A stretch of DNA of 64,000 nt from Candidatus Syntropharchaeum caldarium (GTDB lineage Archaea > Halobacteriota > Syntropharchaeia > Syntropharchaeales > Syntropharchaeaceae): positions 39,777 to 103,776 of the forward strand of contig LYOS01000002.1 in NCBI GenBank assembly GCA_001766815.1. The letters run 5' to 3'. Both the position numbers and the translations under genes were made by a program. Under the pieces are notes generated by a model. It worked only from the letters and a program-made list of their open reading frames with translations. It was not told where the DNA came from and searched no databases. The first letter of the stretch is position 1. The number at the start of each line of letters is the position of its first letter. Of the stretch, positions 37,621 to 49,500 are shown piece by piece.

Positions 37621-39207
37621 TCAGATAATGCCACTTTTCAGTGCGTATTCGATGCCTGTGTCAGTATCTCCGGTGAAGATCGCCTTGCCCTTATCCATTA
37701 CCGTAACCCTGTCACACACGAGCCGTACAAACTCAAGGTCATGGCTCACGATAAGAAACGTGGTCTTATGTTCGTTGCGACGGTTAATAATAGAGTTGGT
37801 TATCTGGTACATTGTCATCTCATCCAGTGTGCCTGTTGGTTCATCCAGTATCATTATCTTGGGGTCCTTGAGGATAATCGATGCAAATATTATCCGATGC
37901 TTCTCTCCCTCGCTAAGCTCATCGGGATATCGTTTCAAAATTCCCTCAATTCGTTCTTCACTAAACCCAACAAGCTCAAGGACGTCATAAATTTTCTCCT
38001 CTAAGATCTCTTCCGGCACTCCTGGTACAAATCCCTGCATATTTCTGTAAACTGTCTGGTATGCGGATAGCCCATATTCCTGGTGAAGTATGGCGATCTT
38101 TTCTTTGACACGCCCCCTTTGTATGCCACGTTCACGCATATCCACACGTTCACCATCCAGTCGAACTGTGCAGACACCTTCAAATTCGGAACTGTCACCA
38201 TTGATAATTGTAACAAGTGTTGTCTTACCTGCACCGCTATGTCCCAGAATCCCGTGTATCTCGCCTTCATAAATATCGAGCGATACGCCATCCAGTGCTT
38301 TTATAACACCCTCATCCACCGTGAAGTATTCCCTGCGAAGATCTCTGCACTGAATTATTGGTTCACCTTCAAAGTTAACAACCTGTTTCTTCGACAGACG
38401 TCGTTCAGCGATGAAACGTTCCATTACCTTGCTTGTCTCTCCCTCAAAGACTGCCTTTCCTTCTATAAGCAATATCGATCGCGGGGCCACCTCAGGTATA
38501 TACGATGTCAGATGTGACGCGATGAACGTTGTTCGCTCTTTCGAGATCTCTTTTATCACATCATACATCTCTTCTGATGATTTGGGGTCAAGCGTTCCCG
38601 TAGGCTCATCAAGCAGAAGCACCATCGGATCTTTTGCGATCTGTCTTGCCATCACGACTCTTTGCTTCTCACCGCCGCTCAGGTCCCGTGCAATATGTTT
38701 GATCCTGTGTTCAAGTGAGACGATCTTCACGATCTCATGTGCCCGTTCCATACGTGCATCGATCGGATAATCAGAGCTATGCAGAGCTGCAAGCACATTC
38801 TCGATAACAGACCGCATCGAATAAATCCCGGTGGCTTCCTGAAACATGATCGCAACCCGCCGTTTTATCACATCGCGCATACCTTTATCAATCTCCCAGA
38901 AGTCAACCCGCTGGAGTTCCATCGCCGAACCACAGCGCGGGCATTCTGTGCGTGATGGAGTATCAACCCGCTCGCAATTCTCACAAAAGCGAATGTTGTA
39001 GTATATATGCCCGGCTGTTGGTCTATATTCCTCCATGCCGCGCAATGTGTACATTAGTGCGCTTTTTCCAGCTCCACTTGCTCCAATAACACCGATTATA
39101 TCGTTTTCTTCCACGCTCAGGTTTATATTATCGAGTATCTTGTTGCCTCCCTTTTCGATGGAAAGATTTTCTATCTCTATAATCTTCATAGACCCACTCC
39201 GTTGCAA
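37621..39207 (-). CDS. soluble tandem-ABC ATPase with zinc-ribbon insertion, methyl-coenzyme M reductase component A2 (AtwA)-like
   Basis: Two complete ABC domains (GASGAGKS/LSGGEKQRV/LLLDEPTGTLD and GHSGAGKTT/LSEGEKHRI/ILDEPTGTLD). A CENCERV...CPRCG insert in domain 1. No TM domain. Confidence 0.65.
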   Translation of the reverse strand: MQRSGSMKIIEIENLSIEKGGNKILDNINLSVEENDIIGVIGASGAGKSALMYTLRGMEEYRPTAGHIYYNIRFCENCERVDTPSRTECPRCGSAMELQRVDFWEIDKGMRDVIKRRVAIMFQEATGIYSMRSVIENVLAALHSSDYPIDARMERAHEIVKIVSLEHRIKHIARDLSGGEKQRVVMARQIAKDPMVLLLDEPTGTLDPKSSEEMYDVIKEISKERTTFIASHLTSYIPEVAPRSILLIEGKAVFEGETSKVMERFIAERRLSKKQVVNFEGEPIIQCRDLRREYFTVDEGVIKALDGVSLDIYEGEIHGILGHSGAGKTTLVTIINGDSSEFEGVCTVRLDGERVDMRERGIQRGRVKEKIAILHQEYGLSAYQTVYRNMQGFVPGVPEEILEEKIYDVLELVGFSEERIEGILKRYPDELSEGEKHRIIFASIILKDPKIMILDEPTGTLDEMTMYQITNSIINRRNEHKTTFLIVSHDLEFVRLVCDRVTVMDKGKAIFTGDTDTGIEYALKSGII

Positions 39208-39224
39208 ACTTAAATCAAGGCTTA

Positions 39225-40004
39225 TTAATTCTTTTCTGTTTTTGCAGACAATGGCATGAGCGTAGAGGTTCTGTAATATAGATCATTTATACGCGCATAT
39301 TTTGCACCCCAGAACTCAACCACCTCTTCAACCGTGCCTGCTGTACCTGTGGCAGTATAGGTAACCTCCATCCCCTCCTCAATCTCTGGTGCTGTTTCGA
39401 TGGCTTTCTCTTCGCCAGACTCGACAAAGACGATTCGTTTTATTTCCTCAGTACTTCGCAGTGGAGTGATATGCCCCCTGATGACACCTGTGATAATACC
39501 AACAACCCTACCTTTTGTGAGTCTCTTCTCTGGTAGGGGGCGAACATACTTGGTATCAACCCCCTCACGTGCCAGATCCTCGTAATCGATTGGACACTGG
39601 CATATCACGATCGATGGCTTATCGAAGAGTTTGAGAAAGTAGATTTGCTTATAAATTATATGTCGTGCGACATTGCCGTGGTGAAATATGAGTAGTTTTG
39701 AACGTTCGATCCGTTCGCGCTCATCCTCTTCCAGTTTGAATTCAACCTTCACAAAATGCTGTTCCGCCTTGATACCTTTTCCCTTACGAAGGACAAGCAC
39801 CGATGCTTTGATCCCATACGCACGCAACCGCTGTGTTATATCACAGACTGGATATGGGATGTGTCGATCCGAAAAGTCCATCGCGATTATCAGTGCATCC
39901 TCGCCATACTCATCCGAGTGCGTGCCTCCACGCGCTATACCGTAACCAAGCCCCCCTCCAAACTTTGCCCTACAGTTGACATAGTGGGCCTTTCTGCCTA
40001 TCAT
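39225..40004 (-). CDS. conserved hypothetical protein in the A2-like ATPase operon
   Basis: 259 aa, soluble, Gly-rich N-terminus (GGGLGYGIARGG). Confidence 0.45.
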   Translation of the reverse strand: MIGRKAHYVNCRAKFGGGLGYGIARGGTHSDEYGEDALIIAMDFSDRHIPYPVCDITQRLRAYGIKASVLVLRKGKGIKAEQHFVKVEFKLEEDERERIERSKLLIFHHGNVARHIIYKQIYFLKLFDKPSIVICQCPIDYEDLAREGVDTKYVRPLPEKRLTKGRVVGIITGVIRGHITPLRSTEEIKRIVFVESGEEKAIETAPEIEEGMEVTYTATGTAGTVEEVVEFWGAKYARINDLYYRTSTLMPLSAKTEKN

Positions 40005-40018
40005 AAATCACACCTTTC

Positions 40019-40879
40019 TTATACAGATGGAACACTCAGCGGAAGTTCAATGATTATATCGTCCTGTGTGCCCCTCTTTATGCTGCCAAACTCACCGAGT
40101 TTACCAAAGTAAAATTCCATCTCTCCGAGTTTCTCTGCATATTCATCATAGGATGCGTTCACTCTGAGACCGCTCATTTTGAGTACCACGTTCACACCAA
40201 ACTTTGATTCAATCTCGGTTTTTATATAGGGATAGGTTGCAGGAACATCAGGTCGAAGGCTTCCGATGATCGAGATTACACTCTCCATAAATGCACCTAT
40301 TATCCGTTTATCATCAGGATCATCGAACATCGTTGGTATCCTTGTAATAGACGGGATGAAAATCAGCTCATCATCAGACTCAAGATCTGCATAGCCTGTC
40401 ACGATCACAGGTACATTAAGCCTTCTGCAGAGTTCCATCTTCTCACGGATACAGTGCTCAAAACATCCAAACATGAAGATCGCCAGATCGTGCTCCTCGA
40501 TCATCATCCGCTCTTCCCTCATCAGAATCGCCTTTCTGCCAACGCCTCTTGCAGGTGCGATTGTGTTCACCTTTGCGCCAGCCTGCCGCAGTGTCTCAAC
40601 CGTGCTGCAGTGTGGAAAGGGTGTGTGATGAAGATTAAATGAGGGGATGATCACCGCAACTTCGATACCATAGAGCGGTACAGTGATAACCCTTCCTGAA
40701 TGCTTACGGAGAGCTGCCCGTTTACGCAGAATGTTCACCGATTCATGATCTATCATCACATCAAATTCTGCAACACCACCCATCTGGTCTATGTTCAGGA
40801 CAAAACCGCCAAGATCCTCTATGAACTCAATTATTTCGTCTGATTCAAACGCATTTCCGATATATTTTAGCGGCATCAT
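40019..40879 (-). CDS. conserved hypothetical protein in the A2-like ATPase operon (Mmp7-sized, unverified)
   Basis: 286 aa, soluble, directly downstream of the second tandem-ABC ATPase. Confidence 0.45.
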   Translation of the reverse strand: MMPLKYIGNAFESDEIIEFIEDLGGFVLNIDQMGGVAEFDVMIDHESVNILRKRAALRKHSGRVITVPLYGIEVAVIIPSFNLHHTPFPHCSTVETLRQAGAKVNTIAPARGVGRKAILMREERMMIEEHDLAIFMFGCFEHCIREKMELCRRLNVPVIVTGYADLESDDELIFIPSITRIPTMFDDPDDKRIIGAFMESVISIIGSLRPDVPATYPYIKTEIESKFGVNVVLKMSGLRVNASYDEYAEKLGEMEFYFGKLGEFGSIKRGTQDDIIIELPLSVPSV

Positions 40880-40897
40880 TTTTATTCCACGCCGTAT

Positions 40898-42679
40898 TCA
40901 GCTCAGATGGAAATACCTGTATGCATCTCCCGTATCCTCAATCTCACCGCCTTTTGAGACAAAGTCGGCGTACTTTCGATTGACAAATTCATTACAGATA
41001 GTCTCAGGATCGCCTGTCATCAGAATTTCGCCACGGTGTATCAGCAGTGCCCGGTGTGCAAGCTCCTTCACCGCATCCAGTTGATGGCTCACGAGGATTA
41101 TTGTGAGGTTGTGCTCCTTGTTGAGGGTTTTTATTGCATTTATACATTTACGCAGCGAGATAGGATCGAGATCTCCGAAAGGCTCATCGAGCAAGAGGAC
41201 CTCTGGCTTCTCCGTCATGTGAAGAGCAAGCGCAACCCGTATCTGCTCACCTGCACTGAGTTCATATGTATAGTGATCCATGAGAGAAAGAGGAAGATCG
41301 AGCGCTTCAAATATGGGTTTCATCCGCTTTTTAGCTTCGTCTGCAGGTATCGTTGGGAATAACTTCCTCAGAATCCCTGGATCAAGTTTCAGCTCCCTGA
41401 GCATGTCTTTCATCTCATCTTCTGGCAGATCTGCAAGTCTATAAAGTACATCCAGCTTCACGTCACTTAGTCCCATTTCTCTCGCCCGTTCGACCACCTC
41501 AGGCAGGAATCGCACGTCCTTTAGCCCAAGTTTCTGCTCAAAGAGGTGCAGCACGATTTCATAGTGCGTGAGCGCAAACTCCTGATGTAACGTTGAGATG
41601 TTAAGACGCGCCTTTACAGCATCATAACCATAGGTACAGATATTTGTCCAGCGCTCTTCACCACCATCGTTGATCCTGTAGGTAACCTCACCAAACTGAG
41701 GAGGTTCAAGTCCTGCAAGCAACCTGATCAGTACTGTCTTTCCAGCAGCACATGGTCCAACGAGTGCAAGTATCTCGCCTTCGTAGATATCGAAGTTGAG
41801 ATTTTTCATCTGGATCGTCTCGATAAACTTTGCACCTGATGTGGTTATCTGGTAACGCTTCCAGAGGTTGGTGAGGCGCATCTTCGGCACTTCTCGTGGT
41901 ATCGATGGCTCAACGGGTTGATCGATCTTTGCAACAAACTTTTTAATGATCTCATCTGGTTTCCCCTCATCAACCACCTTTCCTTCCTCAATCCAGAGCA
42001 CCCTATCAGCGAGAGTTTCGTGTATTTCTGGCATATGAGAGACAAATACAACAGTAACACCAGCATTCTCATTTATTTTTTTTATCGCATCAAGCATCAT
42101 CCCTCGACCAACAGGATCTATCATGGTGGCTGGTTCATCTACAAGAAGAACACGTGGATTTGCTGCGAGCTGTCTCGCAAGCAGAACACACTGCTTCTCA
42201 CCGCCGCTGAGGATATTGTAGTAGTAATACTTCTTATCCAACATGCCAACAATATCAAGAATCTCGGAGGCCCGTTTGAAGAGTCGTTTATAGTCGTTTG
42301 AACCTGTTGTAGGTATCTCTTCAAAACCTGTCTCAAGCTTTCCCAGTTTTCGCATCACATTATTTATCACACTCTCAGGCCATAGTGCAAACGAACGTTG
42401 CAGATGCAGTGCGGTTATCTTCTGGAGTTCAAGCTGTTCATTGGAATTAGAGTCAGGTGTGAGTGTGATACCATCAACCCTTACAGATCCTTCTTTAAAT
42501 GATTCCACGCCCCTTAAAATTCGCAAGAGTGTGGTTTTTCCTGCACTGCTCCTTCCTAATATACCCAGAACTTCACCCTCATCGACTGAGAACGAGACGT
42601 TCTCAAGAGCAGTGTGTTCTTTCTCAATCTTTGAGATCTGATAAGTCTTCGTTAAATTTTCTACTTCGATGATCTTCAT
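40898..42679 (-). CDS. soluble tandem-ABC ATPase, divergent paralogue of the A2-like protein (no zinc ribbon)
   Basis: GRSSAGKTT/LSGGEKQCV/LLVDEPATMID and GPCAAGKTVL/LSAGEQIRV/LLLDEPFGDLD. No Fe-S N-domain, so not ABCE1. No TM domain. Confidence 0.65.
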   Translation of the reverse strand: MKIIEVENLTKTYQISKIEKEHTALENVSFSVDEGEVLGILGRSSAGKTTLLRILRGVESFKEGSVRVDGITLTPDSNSNEQLELQKITALHLQRSFALWPESVINNVMRKLGKLETGFEEIPTTGSNDYKRLFKRASEILDIVGMLDKKYYYYNILSGGEKQCVLLARQLAANPRVLLVDEPATMIDPVGRGMMLDAIKKINENAGVTVVFVSHMPEIHETLADRVLWIEEGKVVDEGKPDEIIKKFVAKIDQPVEPSIPREVPKMRLTNLWKRYQITTSGAKFIETIQMKNLNFDIYEGEILALVGPCAAGKTVLIRLLAGLEPPQFGEVTYRINDGGEERWTNICTYGYDAVKARLNISTLHQEFALTHYEIVLHLFEQKLGLKDVRFLPEVVERAREMGLSDVKLDVLYRLADLPEDEMKDMLRELKLDPGILRKLFPTIPADEAKKRMKPIFEALDLPLSLMDHYTYELSAGEQIRVALALHMTEKPEVLLLDEPFGDLDPISLRKCINAIKTLNKEHNLTIILVSHQLDAVKELAHRALLIHRGEILMTGDPETICNEFVNRKYADFVSKGGEIEDTGDAYRYFHLS

Positions 42680-42807
42680 GTTAAAACCTCCTTAGAATCC
42701 TCAGAATCATCATAATCTTAACCTGTTCATCATATATAAGAAGATCTATTTTTGGATTGAGGAGGGTTAATCATTTAATTTTTCTAAAGAGCTGTCATGT
42801 CCACAAC

Positions 42808-42816
42808 CTTTATATC
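42808..42816 (+). promoter_or_regulatory. candidate archaeal TATA box for the cytochrome operon
   Basis: ctttatatc about 55 nt upstream of the 42871 ATG, preceded by a purine-rich BRE-like stretch. Sequence inspection only. Confidence 0.25.
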
Positions 42817-42870
42817 TCGCACATGCGATAAGTTAATGTAAGGTAAAGAGTCAGAAATGATCAGCGAAAG

Positions 42871-43566
42871 ATGAAAAAACACACACCGCTTCTGCTCATG
42901 ATCGCCGTACTTGCGATCGGTATATTCGCACTCCCCCAGAGCGTTGCGCTTTTCTCAGGTCAGCATTCATGGTATAATCTCACTCCACAGGGTAACGATG
43001 TACCCTGTGAAAAATGTCATGGCGACATCGCTTCAGAGATTGCATCAAGTGGTGCACACAAAAATATCGAGTGCGGCGGATGTCACAGAGCAGATGCAAG
43101 GGTTGGCTATGCCGGGGACTGGGAGGGGGATGTGGATCCAGGACAGGGTGCACACGCGGCATCGACTATTGAGTGTATGATCTGCCATGACAGGGGCACA
43201 AACTTCACACACTCCAATATCGGAAGTGATGAGTGTTCTGACTGTCACACCTCGCCTTTTGTGGCGCCTGGGGCAGGAGGCTTCAATCTGACTGATCCTT
43301 CTGTCTTGCCGTCTGATACCGGCACAAAAGCCGCACACATGCAGTTTGTCCATGACGCGATCAACGAGACGCTCATGGAGGGTGCAAACGAAGCCTGTAT
43401 AGCATGTCATACGCATGTGGGTGTCAACATCACATGGACGAAGAACGTGGTGCTCAACTTTGAAGCATCAGAGAATGAGACTGGAAGCTGGTCGATCCCT
43501 GAGTTTTCAGCAACAGGGGATAATGTGACAGAATCAAACTATACAAACACCTGGGTAAATACTTAA
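42871..43566 (+). CDS. secreted pentaheme c-type cytochrome
   Basis: Signal peptide plus five CxxCH motifs (CEKCH, CGGCH, CMICH, CSDCH, CIACH). 14 nt upstream of the giant cytochrome gene. Confidence 0.85.
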   Translation: MKKHTPLLLMIAVLAIGIFALPQSVALFSGQHSWYNLTPQGNDVPCEKCHGDIASEIASSGAHKNIECGGCHRADARVGYAGDWEGDVDPGQGAHAASTIECMICHDRGTNFTHSNIGSDECSDCHTSPFVAPGAGGFNLTDPSVLPSDTGTKAAHMQFVHDAINETLMEGANEACIACHTHVGVNITWTKNVVLNFEASENETGSWSIPEFSATGDNVTESNYTNTWVNT

Positions 43567-43579
43567 AAGGGGGGTTAAA

Positions 43580-46500
43580 ATGAATGAAGGAATGAAAAAG
43601 GTCAAAATCTTTATTCTCGTATTGCTTATGATCGCATCACCGTTTTCGATGCTTACTGCAGGTGCTGCTATCGATGGCTCAAAGCATGACTTCACGTTTG
43701 AGAGTGAACTTACGCCAAATGGTGCGTGTTCCGCCTGCCATGAGTGGCGTACCATGACGTGGGCACGAAACCTGAGTGAAGAGGAGGCTTATTTTAACCA
43801 GACAGAAGATCCAAACTACGTCCATGATCCTACCATAAAATGCTATGACTGTCACAGTGGCACTGCGGCAGACAATGATCCCAGTTACACGCTTTTTATC
43901 AATACAACACTTGGCAGATATATCCCGCAGGACGTTGCCTTTGATGCCAATATGAAGGGAAACGATCTATCCTATGACAGCTCACCCTCTGATGATGAGA
44001 CCGGATACTACGAGTCATCGACATCAGGCCACTACATAAAGACGAACGCAACAGGCCTGACGAATATTGAACCTGGTGATAAGCTCCCATGCACCGACTG
44101 TCATGAACCACACGAGACAGAACCCACAAATGAGGTCTTCATAAAAGGAAGCTCCGAATATCCACTTGGTGGAAAGGTTGTATCAAACTTAAAAGCAAGC
44201 ACAAACACCCGATCTGGTACTGGCACTGGACGTGAGATCTGTGCGGTATGTCATGGATACAGCGATTCAGGCATAGCTGTCAGGTTTGTTGATGTTAATC
44301 CCCTCTATGGCTCGACCGATAGGATCGTTCAGACCCCGTCAACGGTATCCCAGCATGCAGAGAATGATTCAACACCATGCACAGACTGCCACTCACATAG
44401 CACCCCGGCATCGTATTTTGTCGGAATCAGCAGCCACAACACCCACTTAACCGCCGAGTTTGGACCCAAAATATCCTCGTGCACAGGTGCCGATGGCTGT
44501 CACAGTGAGGGAAACTTCAGCCGCTTCAACGACAACCTCACACTCTCAGCGACTCATGCCTGCGATAACTGCCACAGCCCGAATGGAACATACAATGGTG
44601 TCACCCTTGCCAAGGCAAGCTGGGAAGAAGGCGTCTACAACGGCACAGACTTAAAATCAAGCAAGGAGAAGTGGTGTGCAAGCTGTCATGATAAAGAACC
44701 TGCCAGCTCTATGGGGAATGGAAGCGGTATAAACGCCCCGAATATCGTCGGGATGAATCTAAGCGGTAGCTGGCAGAGCCCCGTCGCTATTATAACAAAT
44801 CAGACGGAAAACGTCAGTGATGCAACAAACCTGCTGGATGGTGACGTTGAGACCGGTGCGAGTGTGAGTGGGGCATCCCAGATCGTCTTTGATCTTGGAG
44901 AGAGTACAGAAGTCTCCCATATCAGGCTTTACACATCTGCCAGTTCCACGGTCAAGTGGGAGGTGTACGGGAGCAATGATCTTTCAAACTGGACGAGAAT
45001 ACTCTATGGTCAGGATGTGATCTTTTCCGCTCCTGCATGGCTTACAGGTGAAGATGAGGGATGGGATGAGAGCAGGGTTGACAGGATCATACCTGTGAGA
45101 TACATCAAGCTCTACAAGAGGAGTCCGTGGCCCGTGGGGAGTGGTTCTCAGCGTGAGTTTGAGTATAAAGCAGATATACGGTATGGATACTATACCACCG
45201 GTCACAAGATTGCCTGCACCAACTGCCACAATAGAAGTAGCGCGCATATCGATGGAACCTCACAGACCTACAACACAACCCTTGATAACTATCAGACAGG
45301 TTTCAGGCTGAAATATCTTGAGGTTGAGAATGAAACCGTCCCCTCACTTGAGATACCAAGAGTCGACTGTAACTGGGGTGATTATCCAAAAACCTCAAAC
45401 GACTTTGCACTCTGTTTCTCATGCCACAACAAGTATAACCTCCTCGGGGATGCGAGTGGTACAGGCGACTACCATAAGGATCCACCCCAGACAAACTTCA
45501 GGAACAACACCACAAACGCCCACCTCATCCATCTGCAGGGAAGGGGATACTGTGGAAACAATCCTGACTGGGACTCAGACTGGAACGGCACAGCAGACTC
45601 ACCACAGAGTTGCACCGCGTGTCACAATGTTCATGGCTCTCCTGCTCCTGCGATGACAAGACACGGAGAACTTGTGAGTATCAACGATACCCTTGAGAAG
45701 GCTCCCCTCCTGAACCTGAAGTACATAAACGCAGACGGAGAGCTTGATCATAATCTCTCAGATGCCACCCAGAGTATCGGCGGAAGGACACAGTTCTATG
45801 GTGCAGGACCCGGAAACGTTGCGAAGAATAAGGTGTGTAACATGTGCCACAATGATCAGATTACCTATTATCGCACACCAGTACCTCCCACCGTAACCTG
45901 TGGTAATGGATCAGGAACAGGAGGCTGCCACAGCCCCACCGCATACTCTTCCTCTGCAGCAGGCAGCCACAATACTCATCTAACCGCACCCAGGGGACCA
46001 AACATAACATCCTGCACAGGTGCTGATGGCTGCCACAAAGGCAACCACACCGGTCTCTTCAACGATGGTTTACCGCTATCAACAACCCACAGATGTGATA
46101 ACTGCCACAGCCCGAACGGGACATACGATGGTGTGAATGACTCCACAATCGGAGCAAAACCCAACTGGGAAAATGGAGTGTACAACAATTCCACGACATT
46201 AAAGTCAGGCAAAGAGAAGTGGTGTGCAGGATGCCATGATGACGAACCGGCGTATAGTAAGGCAGAGTACAGCGAGGTCATCGTGGATAACACCGAAGCT
46301 TCTTTTGCTGGTTCATGGAGTACATCCTCTCACTCAACCGATTATGGAAGCAACTACAGATACAATGGTGCAGGTTCAGGCACTGAAACAGCAACGTGGA
46401 CACCTAACCTGCCAGAATCTGGTAATTACTCGGTCTATGCATGGTGGCCCATATATGTTTCAGGAAGAGCAACGAATGCACCGTACACCGTGTACTACAG

Positions 46501-49500
46501 CAGCGGGTCTGAGACGGTAAGGGTGAACCATAAAGCAGGAGGGGGTGGCTGGAACTACATCGGCACATGGAACTTCTCTGCTGGAACATCAGGTTACGTT
46601 GTGCTCAGTGATGATGCCGATGGAATTGTAATGGCTGATGCCATCAGATTTGTTAAAGGCGGGAATGCCACGTACGCACCCAATATCATCGGTGATAATA
46701 CAAGCTATGGGTTCTATGCAACAGGTCATGGTCGAAGCGGTGTTGTGGATTGCCTGTCCTGTCATGATTCAGATAAAACCCATATCGATGGAATTCAGCG
46801 AACGTATGAAGCAAATGAGACAACAGGTGATGCGATCACACCCTACAATAACAGCTACCGTTTAAAGGATCTTGATGGGTTGCCAGCGATGGTAATGCCA
46901 AGAAAAACAACATCCACATTTAATATGCAGGCCTACTGGCGGGATTTTAACCTCTGTTTTGACTGTCACAACAGGTTTGAGGTGCTGGGTGAAACATCAT
47001 CGGATATCAGTAACACCAACTTCTGGAATAATGATTCAAGTATCTCAAACTCACACTGGCTCCATCTCGGGATAGATAGCAAGCACTTTGACTCTGATTA
47101 TGACAGTTCTGCAGACTCACGTGAGAGCTGCATCGCATGCCACAACGTACACGGTTCGCCAACAGGACCGATGATAAGACATGGAGAACTTATAAGCTAT
47201 CCAAGTACAGCGAACAAGGAGCCTGCGCATAATTTCTACTATCTTCTCCCTGGAGATGGTTCAGCCACTGCCAGGTTTACACCCACACTTGCAGGCGGAA
47301 CATATGATATCTATGCATGGTGGAGCTCGCACTCAAACCGTGCGACAAATGCAAAGTATATAATATACCATGATGGTGGTAGCGCTGAGGTAATCGTCAA
47401 TCAGGAGGAGAACGGCTCACAGTGGAACCTCCTTGGCGAGTACAATATTACAACTTCAAACGGCACGGTCGTTCTGACATCAGATGGCGCCAACGAGTAC
47501 ATCATGGCAGACGGAATCCAGTGGAACAGAACAGATGGCGGAGATACTGTCTATGTTGATGAACCTGATGCCACCTATACTGGAAGCTGGACTGTGGAGA
47601 CCTCAAACCCAGACAAATATTACGGAGATAGCACGAGATACTACTATGCACCCATCAGGAATGCGACTGCAAACGTGAATAAGAGTACTGGCGGCACCTT
47701 CTATGTAAGCGGTGTAATCACTGCAAATCATCTCTGTCAGATGTGTCATAGCAACGTCCAGTACAACAGAGACCCGTATACCGGACCAAGAGTTCCATAC
47801 AGTGATGCAACCCCTGATAACATCTCAAACTTTGAGAGTAACACTGTAACATTCACGGCTTTCGTTACCGATGTGGATGAGAACATAGCAAATGTTACCA
47901 TCGATCTCTCAAGTTTTGGTGGTAACGTTAGCCAGAGGATGTACGATGACGGAACCCACGGTGATACCAAGGCAAATGATGGTGTGTATAGCTACCAGTT
48001 CACAGTGCCTGCAGGTGTTGATGATGGTCCAAGGAGTATCACAGTCACCGCAACAGACGATGATGGTAATAGCGGTGAAGGTCTGATCGATCTTACCGTC
48101 TATCAGCCAGGCGCACTGATCATCGATGATGAAGATGCAAGCTTCACCGGAACATGGGGAGAATCCACGGCAGACGAGACGACGTATGGAACAGGATACC
48201 GCTGGCATGCTTCAGGCACCGGGAGCAATACAGCAACGTGGAGTGTCAACATCACAACCGCCGGTAACTACACCGTCTACGCACGATGGGTTACAGGAAG
48301 CAACCGTGCTACAGATGCACCCTACACGATTAACTATGAAGGAGGCAACGAAACAGTAAGGGTTTCACAGCGGATAAAAGGAGGAAAGTGGAACCGTCTT
48401 GGCAACTACTACTTTGACGTCGGCGAGTACTCGGTCGTTCTCACAGATGATGCTGATAACTACGTTATAGCTGATGCGATAAAGCTTGAATCTGAAGCCC
48501 CTCCAGCTTACCACCCATGGCCAATCGCCGACAATCCCGATGCTGAATACAACGGAACAGGATGGTATACTGGAACAGCCGATAGCGGTTATTATGGCTC
48601 AGACTTCTACTACCATGCCTCAGGCACAGGAGAAAATACCGCAACATGGACACTCGCAGTTCCAGAAGCTGGAAAGTACGATGTGTACGCATGGTGGGCA
48701 GACGGCTCAAACCGTGCAACCAATGCACCCTATATGATTAACTACGAAGGAGGCAGTGAAACAGTAAGGGTTTCACAGAAAATAAATGGAGGAAAGTGGA
48801 ACCTGCTTGGGACATATTCATTCAATGCAGGTAACTATTCAATAGTACTCAGTGACGATGCAGATGGATTCATCATTGCCGATGCAGTGAAGTTTGAGCT
48901 TAACCAATCTGTATGGCTCACCCCTTCCTCAATCCAGTGCACAAACCTCACCAACGCTTCACTCCTGATCGATAACAGCACATCAACTGCCAACGCGCTT
49001 GATACCGGAGATGAACAGTATGTGGTCTTTGATCTTGGTGCAAGATACACCGTTCCATCGATCAAGATGTACACTGATGGTAGCGGCAACTACACATGGG
49101 ATGTCTATATGGGGGATAACATATCTGATCCTGCCTGTTGCAACCATTCAAGCTGGGGCACGCCTGTCCTTGAGAACTGGACTCCCTCTACTTCGGGGTG
49201 GAACGAGGTCAACCTGACAACACCCGCCACAGCGAGATACATAAAGCTCATGCGAAACGATACAGGTGATGATCTTGCCGCAGACAGCCTCTATGAGTTC
49301 ATGTTCGACCCACCAACGGCAACGCTCACCTTTGAACTCCACTCATACGCTGATATGCATATCTATGACCCGGAGGATCGCCATCTCGGGATGAACTACA
49401 CGACAGGCGAGATCGAGAACCAAATTCCCGGAGCAGTATATGACTTCGGTGATGTCCAGACTGCTACCCTGCCAAAGCTTGCAGTGGGGGAGTACAGGGT

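Noticed and set aside
40898-42679. Possibility that the 593-aa tandem-ABC protein is ABCE1/RNase L inhibitor
   Set aside because: The N-terminus lacks the diagnostic 2x[4Fe-4S] ferredoxin-like domain (no CxxCxxCxxxCP). It starts directly with an ABC cassette.
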